Assembly (NCBI GenBank): GCA_965246885.1
Contig: OZ251992.1
Coordinates: 2,720,001 to 2,784,000, forward strand
Source of the DNA: Abditibacterium sp.
GTDB lineage: Bacteria > Armatimonadota > Abditibacteriia > Abditibacteriales > Abditibacteriaceae
DNA: 64,000 bases
Direction of reading: 5' to 3'
Shown: piece by piece, positions 28,592-36,987 of the stretch
How positions within the stretch are numbered: position 1 is the stretch's first letter
Layout of the letters: each line of letters opens with the position of its first letter
Made by a program: the position numbers and the translations under genes
The notes under the pieces: model-generated
What the model saw: only the letters and a program-made list of their open reading frames with translations
What the model was told of the DNA's origin: nothing
Databases searched by the model: none

Positions 28592-30619
28592 TTAGGCTCC
28601 CGGCGTGGGCACAGGAGGCGGCTGATAACCCGCAGAAGAAAACGAGATGCAAAAGTAGGGCGGGGCAGTTTTGTTGATGTGTCCCACGTTCCGTCCATTA
28701 AACCCGTGAGCATCGTATTGGTCGCATTGCCATGTTTGGCGAATCCTATCAACATAGCCATCGCCACTCACAGTAACGCTAAAACGCGCGAAGTCGTCGT
28801 TGTTTTTTGGATCACCCCCAACTGTAAACATAAGCGGTTTAAAACTGGCCTTAGCATCAGCTATATATGTTTTTGGTGAAAAGCGTGGGCTACCATTTGG
28901 GTAGTTCCCCAAACTCTCTTGAGCTAACACAGCCGCTTTGTAAGCTTCGTAGCCCGTCGAAGCGACCGGTGGGCCATTTGGCGTGCTTGCTGACACCGGC
29001 AAAGGAACAAGCTTATCGGGAGGGGTTGGCCCAACGGCGATTCCTGCTGTTGATAAGGCCGCTGACGCAAAGATTAGAAGCGGCACTGGGTCGCCCGTTA
29101 GCTCTGAACCCACCACAAGAAAGTAGCCGCCCTCAACCCCCCCGGCAACTGTCCCCGCGACAGTAAGTCCCGTACCGATGTCTATCTGCTGCTTCAGACT
29201 TGGATCAACATAATAAAGGGGGTCTCCAATGTGCATTCCGCCTCCATTGGATTGAAGGGCAAATGGTACAGTGGGAAGTGAGGCCGTAGAGGAAGGGGTG
29301 CTGTCCCACTCTTGCGGTGCGTGCCAGTTCACCGTGTAACTGTTGGCGAGCAGCATTGTGGGTTTGGAAGGATCTTTATCATCCACATTGACTTTGAAAG
29401 TCGTTGACTTTACCGTGGGCCATAGCTTGCTTGATCCGAGGTCGAATCCAGTCATATAGTAGTTATCTATGTCCGGCCCTATACCTCTTGTGTAAATTCT
29501 TACCTGCTGATATTCTGTACTCTTGGCGCCAAAACCATAAGCGGCATCACCCGTTGCAGTTCCGCCCAAGTAAGACCACTGATATTCAGGAATGCTGTAT
29601 CCCGGTGTGTTCGCTTGCATCTTACACCACCCAATGTCTGTGCCCCACCATTTCTGATTTTGCACATTTCCGTTTGCCTTATCGCCAGAGTAAGACGCTG
29701 CGCTTTCGACCGTCATTGAGCCATCCGCCGCGCGCTTGCACAACACGCCCCAAGGCCCAGTGGGAAAAACACCACCCAGCACGAAAGCAGGGGTTGAGGG
29801 ATTGATTTGAGTCACGTCCACCTTATCGATCATTTCCACACCGTTAGAGTCTTTCAGTTTCGGCAAATTGGCCCACAAAGTTTCCTTGCGGTAGCTGGGC
29901 TGGATGTCGGAGGAGATGAGGAGGCCGTAGTTGGACACCGAAGCGGTGATTGAGATGGCCCCATTCATTGTCGGGGTAGAGGGTGTCGAGCCGCCATACG
30001 TGCCACCTGCGTAGGAACTGGTGAACGTGCCCGTGAAGTGTGCGGTGAACGGGCCAAGCACGATGTCGGTGTCCCCGTTGCTGTTGTCGGTGTTCAGCAA
30101 CATCTTCCCACCAGCCCCTACGCTTTGTCTGTTGCCCGAAGTGCTTGGCGTGACTGGCGCGTCCGTCAACCCAGAAGTGCCAGACAACGCCCCTTGCGTG
30201 GAATACGTGGATGAGCTATTCCACGTTCCAGCGCTCCCTGCCGACAGTTGGACGGCGACTTGTCTGGGCGCGGGTTCCCCCGGCCCTATCCCGGCCCAGT
30301 GAAGGCACACCGCGTAGGTGTAGGTTTTGTTGAACGAGGAAGCCACACCGTTCTTGGAGCCAAGCGTGAAGGGATACTGCGCAGCGACAAAGGTTTGGCC
30401 AAACTGCGTGCTACCCAGCCAATTCTTGAAGGCACCATCGCTTGGCGTGACATCCATACTTATGCTCCATGACCCCGCGTGCGCGTGCGGCGTCCACATC
30501 AACAGGCTACAGGCCATCACCACAGCAGCAACGGCCAAACGGCCAAACGGCCAAACGGCCAAACGGCCAAACGAAGGGGCAGAGCTTTGTCTGCCGAATG
30601 AGTTGCGAAACTTTTTCAT
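28592..30619 (-). CDS. large secreted hypothetical protein (polymorphic toxin/adhesin-like)
   Basis: Signal peptide ending AHA-G, S/T/G-rich beta region, then a hydrophobic segment before the C-terminal domain. AT-richer than the flanks. Confidence 0.75.
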   Translation of the reverse strand: MKKFRNSFGRQSSAPSFGRLAVWPFGRLAVAAVVMACSLLMWTPHAHAGSWSISMDVTPSDGAFKNWLGSTQFGQTFVAAQYPFTLGSKNGVASSFNKTYTYAVCLHWAGIGPGEPAPRQVAVQLSAGSAGTWNSSSTYSTQGALSGTSGLTDAPVTPSTSGNRQSVGAGGKMLLNTDNSNGDTDIVLGPFTAHFTGTFTSSYAGGTYGGSTPSTPTMNGAISITASVSNYGLLISSDIQPSYRKETLWANLPKLKDSNGVEMIDKVDVTQINPSTPAFVLGGVFPTGPWGVLCKRAADGSMTVESAASYSGDKANGNVQNQKWWGTDIGWCKMQANTPGYSIPEYQWSYLGGTATGDAAYGFGAKSTEYQQVRIYTRGIGPDIDNYYMTGFDLGSSKLWPTVKSTTFKVNVDDKDPSKPTMLLANSYTVNWHAPQEWDSTPSSTASLPTVPFALQSNGGGMHIGDPLYYVDPSLKQQIDIGTGLTVAGTVAGGVEGGYFLVVGSELTGDPVPLLIFASAALSTAGIAVGPTPPDKLVPLPVSASTPNGPPVASTGYEAYKAAVLAQESLGNYPNGSPRFSPKTYIADAKASFKPLMFTVGGDPKNNDDFARFSVTVSGDGYVDRIRQTWQCDQYDAHGFNGRNVGHINKTAPPYFCISFSSAGYQPPPVPTPGA
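30531..30573. repeat. 8-bp simple sequence repeat (ACGGCCAA)x5
   Basis: Five perfect copies plus a partial copy, inside the 5' coding region of 28592-30619. Confidence 0.95.
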
Positions 30620-30798
30620 CAGTGGGTTGGCGCCGCTTCTTCTGGACGCGCTCTCAGTATGCCCATTTGTTTGCGCTTTCAAACAGTGGCTTTGGAGAAA
30701 TCTTGGCGGCGGTGGGGAAGCGTCATCGCCCTTCCAGTTGAAGCCTCTCGCCAAGGCGCTGGCCCACAAATGAGCGTGAAAGCCGGGTTTTTTCGTTG

Positions 30799-30987
30799 AT
30801 TCGGTCGTCTCGCGGCCTGTTTCGGTTATCTGTTGGCATGTTGCTATTATCTATTGGCGTGTCACGGTCGTCTCTTGGCATGATTCGGTCGTCTCGCGGC
30901 ATGTTGCTATTATCTATTGGCCTGTCACGGTCGTCTATTCGCCTCTCACGGTCGTCTTTTCGCCCATTTCGGTGCGCTATCGAGCGT
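30799..30987. repeat. degenerate 21-bp-period tandem array 3 (9 units)
   Basis: Units start at 30799, 30820, 30841, 30862, 30883, 30904, 30925, 30946 and 30967, e.g. attcggtcgtctcgcggcatg and ttgctattatctattggcgtg. Confidence 0.9.
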
Positions 30988-31084
30988 CGCACACGAGGAA
31001 CTGCGGCGGATGAGTTGGCTGTTGGGGACGTGCGTTTATGTTGGGGGTCGCGTCGCTACTTATTAGGTTAATTTGGGCGTCCAC

Positions 31085-31113
31085 TTGAAGGCGGCGGGGA
31101 AAGCGTTTATAAT
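31085..31113 (+). promoter_or_regulatory. sigma70-type promoter of the tRNA pair
   Basis: TTGAAG-17 nt-TATAAT, 12 nt upstream of tRNA-Val. Confidence 0.85.
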
Positions 31114-31125
31114 GTCACCCGTCGC

Positions 31126-31197
31126 GGGCGATTAGCTCAGTGGTAGAGCGCTTCGTTCACACCGAAGAGGTCGCTGGTTCGATACCAGCATCGCCCA
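31126..31197 (+). tRNA. tRNA-Val(CAC)
   Basis: Acceptor gggcgat/atcgccc, anticodon arm cttcg-ttCACac-cgaag, GGTTCGA T-loop. CCA not encoded. Confidence 0.96.
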
Positions 31198-31208
31198 TTT
31201 TCCCCGCC

Positions 31209-31281
31209 GGGTCTTTAGCTCATCTGGTAGAGCGTCTGATTTGCATTCAGAAGGTAAGCGGTTCGAGTCCGCTAAGATCCA
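31209..31281 (+). tRNA. tRNA-Ala(TGC)
   Basis: Acceptor gggtctt/aagatcc with G3:U70, anticodon arm tctga-ttTGCat-tcaga. Confidence 0.96.
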
Positions 31282-31289
31282 CTACTTCC

Positions 31290-31318
31290 ACCCGCCGCAA
31301 CTCTTCGCGGCGGGTTTT
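31290..31318 (+). terminator. intrinsic terminator
   Basis: acccgccgc/gcggcgggt stem followed by a T-run. Confidence 0.75.
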
Positions 31319-31347
31319 GCGTTTGGGGCTGTTCTTGGCGCTTTGTT

Positions 31348-32136
31348 ATGTCCGACACCGCTTCTTTTGACCGCCCTGATGGAGGGCGCCTGCTGCCAGA
31401 GGACTTCCCCTTGGCGACGCTTAGGCAGTTGCCACTTTTGCGCGGGTTGTCGCGCGCGGAGTTGGAAACGGCGCGCGCGGTAGTGAGCAAGCGCGTGGTG
31501 GAAACGGGCGCCTCGCTTATGGGCGAGGACGAAGCGGGGGCGTCGCTCTTCTTCGTCGTCGAGGGCACGTTCAAGATCACCGTGCGCAAGGGGGAAAGCG
31601 TGGTGCTGTTGGGTTTGTGCGGGCGCGGCGAAGTGTTGGGCGAGTTGGCGGCCATTGACGGCCACACGCGCTCGGCGACGGTGACGGCGCAAACGACGTG
31701 CGTGGTGGGCGAGCTATCGGCGACGCACTTTTGGAACGCGCTATGGCCGCTCGAACCGGTGCCAGTCAACATGGCACTTCTGCTGGTGGGCCGGGTGCGG
31801 CGCTTGACGGCGAAGGTGCAAGCGATGGCGACGCTCGATGTGCGCGGGCGCTTGGCGTATCAACTGGTGTCGCTTGCGCGCGAGCACGGGGCAAAGCGCG
31901 GCGGAACGTATCACATTCCCTTTGGGCTGAGGCAACTGGAACTGGCGCAAATGGTGGGCACGAGCCGCGTGCAGGTGAACCAACTGATGCTGGGATGGAC
32001 TAAAAGCGGGCTGCTTTCGACCACGCGCAACTCGCTCACCGTCCACGACTTGCCCGCACTGTGCGCCTTGTACCCGCGCACGCTCGAAACGGCGCCGTTT
32101 GCACCCCGGCAACGCGCTACGGGTTCGTCGGCGTAA
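31348..32136 (+). CDS. Crp/Fnr family transcriptional regulator
   Basis: cNMP domain (GEVLGELA..RSATV) and HTH (QLELAQMVGTSRVQVN). Confidence 0.92.
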   Translation: MSDTASFDRPDGGRLLPEDFPLATLRQLPLLRGLSRAELETARAVVSKRVVETGASLMGEDEAGASLFFVVEGTFKITVRKGESVVLLGLCGRGEVLGELAAIDGHTRSATVTAQTTCVVGELSATHFWNALWPLEPVPVNMALLLVGRVRRLTAKVQAMATLDVRGRLAYQLVSLAREHGAKRGGTYHIPFGLRQLELAQMVGTSRVQVNQLMLGWTKSGLLSTTRNSLTVHDLPALCALYPRTLETAPFAPRQRATGSSA

Positions 32137-34639
32137 CGCGGCACGCTTGCGCCTCGCACTCCACCGACAGCGCGCCGTCCAAATCGGTGCGAAAGAGGGG
32201 AATCTTGCGCTCCGTTAGCGCCCGCAACACTGACGGGGCCGGGTCGCTCAGGCGGTTGTAGCGCCCGCACGATATAATCGCCGCCCCCGGCGAACACGCG
32301 CGCAACCATTCTGGCGAGGACGACGTGCCTGCCCCATGCCGCGCCAGCACGAGCGCATCCGCCCGCAACGGCGCCGCCCGCTTAACTAAGCGCCGCTCGC
32401 CCACCGCTTCCAGTTCGCCGCCAATGACCACCGCCCGCGCATGCCACTCGACGCGCAGCGCAAGCGAGTTGTCGTTGAGTGACGCTCCCAATGGCAGCAA
32501 GGGATTGAGAACGCGGATGCTCGTTGCGCCCAAGGGAAACAGTTCGCCCGCGCGCGGCACCACGACCGGAACGCCCAGCCGATCCGCTTCGCGGCGCACG
32601 TTTTGGAGTTGCGCTTGGCCCAGAGCGTCCAGCAAGTCCGTCTTCTTCGTTTGCGCCGCGCGCGGGCCGTCCACAAACTGCCCCACCGGTATCTCGCGCA
32701 AGACGCGGCGCAGTCCGTTGCAATGATCATCATCCGGCGAAGTCAAAAACACTGCGTCCAAGCGCGAGATGCCCAAGTTTTGCAGCGCCGGAACGAGAAG
32801 ACTCGCGCCCACATCGGCCCGCTCGTGCCCATCGAGCGAGCCGCCGTCTATCAAAGCCGCGTGGCCGGATGGGTCTTGCACCACGATACTTTGCCCCTGC
32901 CCGACATCTAATACCGTGACACGAAGCGTCTTGGGCGCGGGCCGAAACGCGCTCCACGTGAGCGCCGCCCCGCCTACCGCGAGCAACGCGCACACCGTCT
33001 TAGGGTGCCACGCCGCGATTTGGGCGCGCTTGCGTGAGAGCCAGAGCGCCGCTTCTGCGCGCAGTTCGGGCCACTCGTCGGCGAACGGGAGAACTGCCAG
33101 CGCCAGCAACGCGTAACACCCCAGCGCCCAACTCGCCGGAAGCGACACACCTTCGACGAGAGCACCGAACGGATGCGCCGCACCCGACGCGAGGGCACCC
33201 ACTGCGTCCGTCAAACGGTAAAGCACCCCGCCGATGGGCAGCACGAGCGCCAGCGCGCCAGCGAAAACTAACAAACCCGCAAGCGGAATGGCCAGAAAGT
33301 TAGCGCCTATCCCTGCCGCGCTCGACGTGCCAAAGTGCAACACGGAAAGCGGCCACGTCGCGGCCTGCGCTCCCAGCGACAGCGCCGCCAATTGTCCCAC
33401 AGTGCCGCCGTTCACCCGCCGAATCACCCGCAACGCGCGCGGCGCTATCACCACCAAGCCCCACACGGCGGCAAAGGTGAATTGCAGCGACAAGCTCCAT
33501 GCGAGCGCCGGGTCGAGAACCAATAAACCCAACAGCGCCGCGCACAGGAGCGACAGCCCATCCATGTCGCGCCCGCGCGCAAAGCCCAGCACGGCGAAGG
33601 CGCCGCAAGCGCCCGCCCGCCAAATCGAAGGCGTCAGGCCCGCCAGAAGCGCATACGCTACAACCCCCGGAACAACAACGACGCCCAGCCACGCGCGTCG
33701 CACCCGAAACAAACGCGCCAACCACAGTAGCCCCACCACCGCGAGCGAGATTTGCGTCCCGCTCGCCACCAACAGGTGCGACAACCCCGCCGCGCGGAAA
33801 TCGGCGCGCGTTTGGTCGGGCAAAGGCGCCGTTAGGCCGCTTTCGCCCCACACCATCGCCGTCAGTAGCGCCGCGTTTTGGCGCGGAAACGGGCGCGTTC
33901 GCAGCGCCTCTTCGTCACCCGCGAACAGCGCCTCGTAGCGCAAAAGTAGCGCCCGCCGCACCGCTTGCACGCGCCGCGCAAACGGAAACGCTGCGCCCGG
34001 TCGCAGCACGTTCAGCCGCAGCACCGGCCCGTTTTGGCACCAGCACCCGGCGATGATGTCCGACCAGAACGCATCGCGCTCGCCGGGGTTGCGCGGGCGC
34101 GCGAGGGGGCGCAAGTCGGTTTGCAGTTCCAGCCGGTCGCCGATGTCGAGCGACGCATCGAAGGGAAGAGACACCGCCACCCGCCCCGTTGCGCCCTGCC
34201 CGTCGAGGGTCTCGACTTCGAGCGGAAAGCGCGTCGCATAGCGCGACGAGCGCGGGTAGTCGGCGACCACGCCCACGACTTTCGCGGCTACAGGATGGAG
34301 CGGCTCACCGCGCGGCGCGGGCGCGGCGGTTAAGCGCGACACATCCCCGCGCGGCGGCAACAAGCGGCGCGCGGTGGTGCCAGCGAAAAAGGTCGCTAAC
34401 GCGAGCGCCCACCCCGCGCGACTTGCCCATTCATGGCGCCGCTTCGCCCACGCCAGCGCCAACCCCATCAGTAGAAACGGTGCCAGCCAAACGAGCGGCG
34501 CGTTCTCGCGCGCCAAACCTGCCCATGCCCGCGCGCACAGTCCGCCGAGGGTTACGCCCCCAAGAGCCGCCGCGCACATCCACAACAACGGGCGCAGCAA
34601 AAGCGGCGCGAAGAGCGACTGAAAAGGCCGGAGCGACAT
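32117..34639 (-). CDS. comEC: ComEC/Rec2 competence protein with degenerate motifs
   Basis: DUF4131/OB region (PRNPG), Competence domain (GLSHLLVASG, PSIWRA) and MBL-fold C-terminus (LDVGQG, NDNSL, ISCG.YN, RTDLDG). Confidence 0.9.
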   Translation of the reverse strand: MSLRPFQSLFAPLLLRPLLWMCAAALGGVTLGGLCARAWAGLARENAPLVWLAPFLLMGLALAWAKRRHEWASRAGWALALATFFAGTTARRLLPPRGDVSRLTAAPAPRGEPLHPVAAKVVGVVADYPRSSRYATRFPLEVETLDGQGATGRVAVSLPFDASLDIGDRLELQTDLRPLARPRNPGERDAFWSDIIAGCWCQNGPVLRLNVLRPGAAFPFARRVQAVRRALLLRYEALFAGDEEALRTRPFPRQNAALLTAMVWGESGLTAPLPDQTRADFRAAGLSHLLVASGTQISLAVVGLLWLARLFRVRRAWLGVVVVPGVVAYALLAGLTPSIWRAGACGAFAVLGFARGRDMDGLSLLCAALLGLLVLDPALAWSLSLQFTFAAVWGLVVIAPRALRVIRRVNGGTVGQLAALSLGAQAATWPLSVLHFGTSSAAGIGANFLAIPLAGLLVFAGALALVLPIGGVLYRLTDAVGALASGAAHPFGALVEGVSLPASWALGCYALLALAVLPFADEWPELRAEAALWLSRKRAQIAAWHPKTVCALLAVGGAALTWSAFRPAPKTLRVTVLDVGQGQSIVVQDPSGHAALIDGGSLDGHERADVGASLLVPALQNLGISRLDAVFLTSPDDDHCNGLRRVLREIPVGQFVDGPRAAQTKKTDLLDALGQAQLQNVRREADRLGVPVVVPRAGELFPLGATSIRVLNPLLPLGASLNDNSLALRVEWHARAVVIGGELEAVGERRLVKRAAPLRADALVLARHGAGTSSSPEWLRACSPGAAIISCGRYNRLSDPAPSVLRALTERKIPLFRTDLDGALSVECEAQACRVTPTNP

Positions 34640-34811
34640 CGCGCCGCAAAGTAAGCGCGGATGAGCGCGGAAGCGCAAGGGGGCACGCGGAGCCGCAAAC
34701 AGAGTGAGGGGCGCCCACACCGCATCCGTCACACTGAGTTAGTTTTTAATAAGGCGCCTAATCAAAGGCGAGGATTTTGCTCTCCATCCTGCCCACGCCA
34801 TTCACTTTCCA

Positions 34812-36929
34812 ATGCAAACGCCCGAACAAACCAAGGTTTCTGATTCCGAACTTACCCGCGCGCGCGGCGGCGCGACGCCTCCCAAGAAGACGCCCGCGTG
34901 GATTCCCATCGCCCTCGTCGCCGCGCTTCTTGGGGCGGGGTTGTTCCTTAAAGGGCGCTCTGGCAAACAAGCCGACACCGACCGCCAAAGCAGCGCCCCC
35001 AGCATTAAGGCCGTGCGCTTCGTGCCCGTGACGCGCGGCACCCTCGTCTCGAACGTCCTCATCACCGGGCAATTGCGCTCGAATCAGGACGTGAATCTTG
35101 GCTCGAAAATATCGGGCATCGTGGCGCGCGTGTTCGTGGACGAGGGGCAACGAGTGCGGCGCGGGCAACTGCTGGTGCAGTTGGACGACGCCGACCTGCG
35201 CCAGCAAGTGGACGCGGCGCGCGCCTCGGTCGCGGCGGCGCAAGTGCGCTTGCAGCAAACCCAACTCAACCTTCCCTCGCGCGTGGCGCAACTGCAAAGC
35301 GCCGTTGACCAAGCTCAGGCGCAGTATCAAAACGCGCTGTCGGCCATTCAGTCCGCCCAAGCCCGTTACCAACAAGCCCTGCTTCAGGAACCCGCGAGCA
35401 TCAGCGTGACGCAGTCGCAACTCGCGGCGTCCAAAGCGGGCGTGCGCTCGGCACAAGCGGCGCTGCGAACCGCCCGCGACACCGCGCGCCAAACGCAGGG
35501 TAGCGTGAACGCCGCCATCGCTTCGGCGCGCGCGGGCCTCGCCGGAGCGCGCGCGCAGTTGGAGCAGACCCGCAACGGCGCCCGCGCTCAGCAAATCGCG
35601 GCAGCCCAAGCGCAGGTCAACCTCGCCCAAGCCCAGTTGGAAAACGCCCAAACCAACCTGACCCGCCAACAAACCCTCTTCGCGGGCGGCGCAACCGCGC
35701 AGGCCAACGTAGACCAAGCGCAAACCAACTTCAACGTCGCGCAGGCCACCCTCGAAGCGCAGCGCCAAAACCTTTCGCTTGTGCGCGAAGGCTCGCGCAC
35801 CGAAGAAGTGCGCGCTGCCGAAGAGAACGTGCGCGGGCGCGAAGCGGCGCTGCAAAGCGCCCTCGCCGACCAAAACCGCGCGCTCGCCGCGCAATCGGCA
35901 GTCACGCAATCGCTCGCGGGCGTGTCGAGCGCGCGCGAGCAAGAAACTCAAGCCTTCGCCAATCAAGCCAACATCCCCGTCGTGCGCCAGTCCACGCGCG
36001 CCGCCCTCGAAGCCCTCAACCAAGCGCGCGCGCAGGCGAACTTGCAAGCCGCCCTGCTCCGCCAAGCGCGCGTGAATTTGTCGCAAGCGCCCGGATTTCG
36101 CGCCGACGTGCCCGCTTCGCGCGCCGCCCTTGCCCAAGCGCAGGCCCAGTTACAGCAAGCGCAGGTCAACCTCGGCTACGCGCGCATCACCTCGCCGGTC
36201 AACGGCGTCGTCGCCACTAAGTTCACCGACGCCGGACAAGGCGCCGGGCCGGGCATCACCCTCATGAACCTTGTCGCGCTCGACAACGTGGTCTTTGAAG
36301 CGCAAATCCCCGAATCGCAAATCGCGCAAATCAAAGTCGGGCAGCCCGCGCGCGTAACCGTCAGCGCCATCTCGGACGCGCCCCTCATCGGCTACGTCAC
36401 CGACATCATTCCCGTCGCCGACGCGCGGCTTCGCCAGTTCCGCATCCGTATCCGCTTGCCGCAAGACGGACGCCTCACCCCCGGCGCGTTCGCGCGCGGC
36501 AGCTTGCAAACGCAGGTCATCACCGACGCCCTGCTCGTGCCGGACGAGGACATCCGCACCGACCAAGACCAGCCCTACGTCTATGTCGCTTCCGGTGGCG
36601 GCGACAACGCCAAAGTCGAAAAGCGCGTCGTCAAAGTCGGCCCGTCGGCGCGCGGCAAAACCCAGATCATCGGCGGCGTCCAAGAAGGCGATAAGATCAT
36701 CGTCGGCACTTCCACCTTCGAGGACGGCGACCGCGTCAAACCGACGGACGACGCAAGCGACGGCGGCGCGGGCGCGGGTGGCGCAACGGGAAGCAGTGGC
36801 ACGGCTGGTTCGGGCACCGGCGGCGGCAGGTCGGCGGCGGGCGGCGGCTCCTCATCGGGCGGAAGCGGTTCGGGTGGAAGCGGTTCGGGTGGAAGCGGCT
36901 CAGGCGGAAGTGGCTCAGGCGGCGGTTAA
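34812..36929 (+). CDS. efflux RND-type periplasmic adaptor (membrane fusion protein) with a very long coiled coil and Gly/Ser tail
   Basis: N-terminal TM, lipoyl halves (ISGIVARVFVDEGQRV; ITSPVNGVV), beta-barrel (PGAFARG) and ~320 aa of A/Q heptads. Confidence 0.88.
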   Translation: MQTPEQTKVSDSELTRARGGATPPKKTPAWIPIALVAALLGAGLFLKGRSGKQADTDRQSSAPSIKAVRFVPVTRGTLVSNVLITGQLRSNQDVNLGSKISGIVARVFVDEGQRVRRGQLLVQLDDADLRQQVDAARASVAAAQVRLQQTQLNLPSRVAQLQSAVDQAQAQYQNALSAIQSAQARYQQALLQEPASISVTQSQLAASKAGVRSAQAALRTARDTARQTQGSVNAAIASARAGLAGARAQLEQTRNGARAQQIAAAQAQVNLAQAQLENAQTNLTRQQTLFAGGATAQANVDQAQTNFNVAQATLEAQRQNLSLVREGSRTEEVRAAEENVRGREAALQSALADQNRALAAQSAVTQSLAGVSSAREQETQAFANQANIPVVRQSTRAALEALNQARAQANLQAALLRQARVNLSQAPGFRADVPASRAALAQAQAQLQQAQVNLGYARITSPVNGVVATKFTDAGQGAGPGITLMNLVALDNVVFEAQIPESQIAQIKVGQPARVTVSAISDAPLIGYVTDIIPVADARLRQFRIRIRLPQDGRLTPGAFARGSLQTQVITDALLVPDEDIRTDQDQPYVYVASGGGDNAKVEKRVVKVGPSARGKTQIIGGVQEGDKIIVGTSTFEDGDRVKPTDDASDGGAGAGGATGSSGTAGSGTGGGRSAAGGGSSSGGSGSGGSGSGGSGSGGSGSGGG

Positions 36930-36941
36930 ACCTCCGGTAAA

Positions 36942-36987
36942 CTGGCGAGCGTGAAACCCCTCCTCTGGCGAGCGTGAAACCCCTCCT
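36942..36987 (+). repeat. perfect 23-bp tandem duplication spanning a GTG start
   Basis: ctggcgagcgtgaaacccctcct occurs twice in tandem. Confidence 0.95.

Noticed and set aside
30799..30987. 21-bp arrays as CRISPR arrays
   Set aside because: No constant repeat alternating with unique spacers, the period is too short, and no cas genes are in the window.
27660..31281. tRNA-anchored integrative island
   Set aside because: The AT-richer block lies upstream of the tRNAs, and no integrase or duplicated tRNA 3' end was found.
36861..36926. 15-bp ggaagcggttcgggt repeats as a synthetic linker or contingency locus
   Set aside because: In-frame Gly/Ser low-complexity tail with synonymous variation, so it has no frameshift potential.
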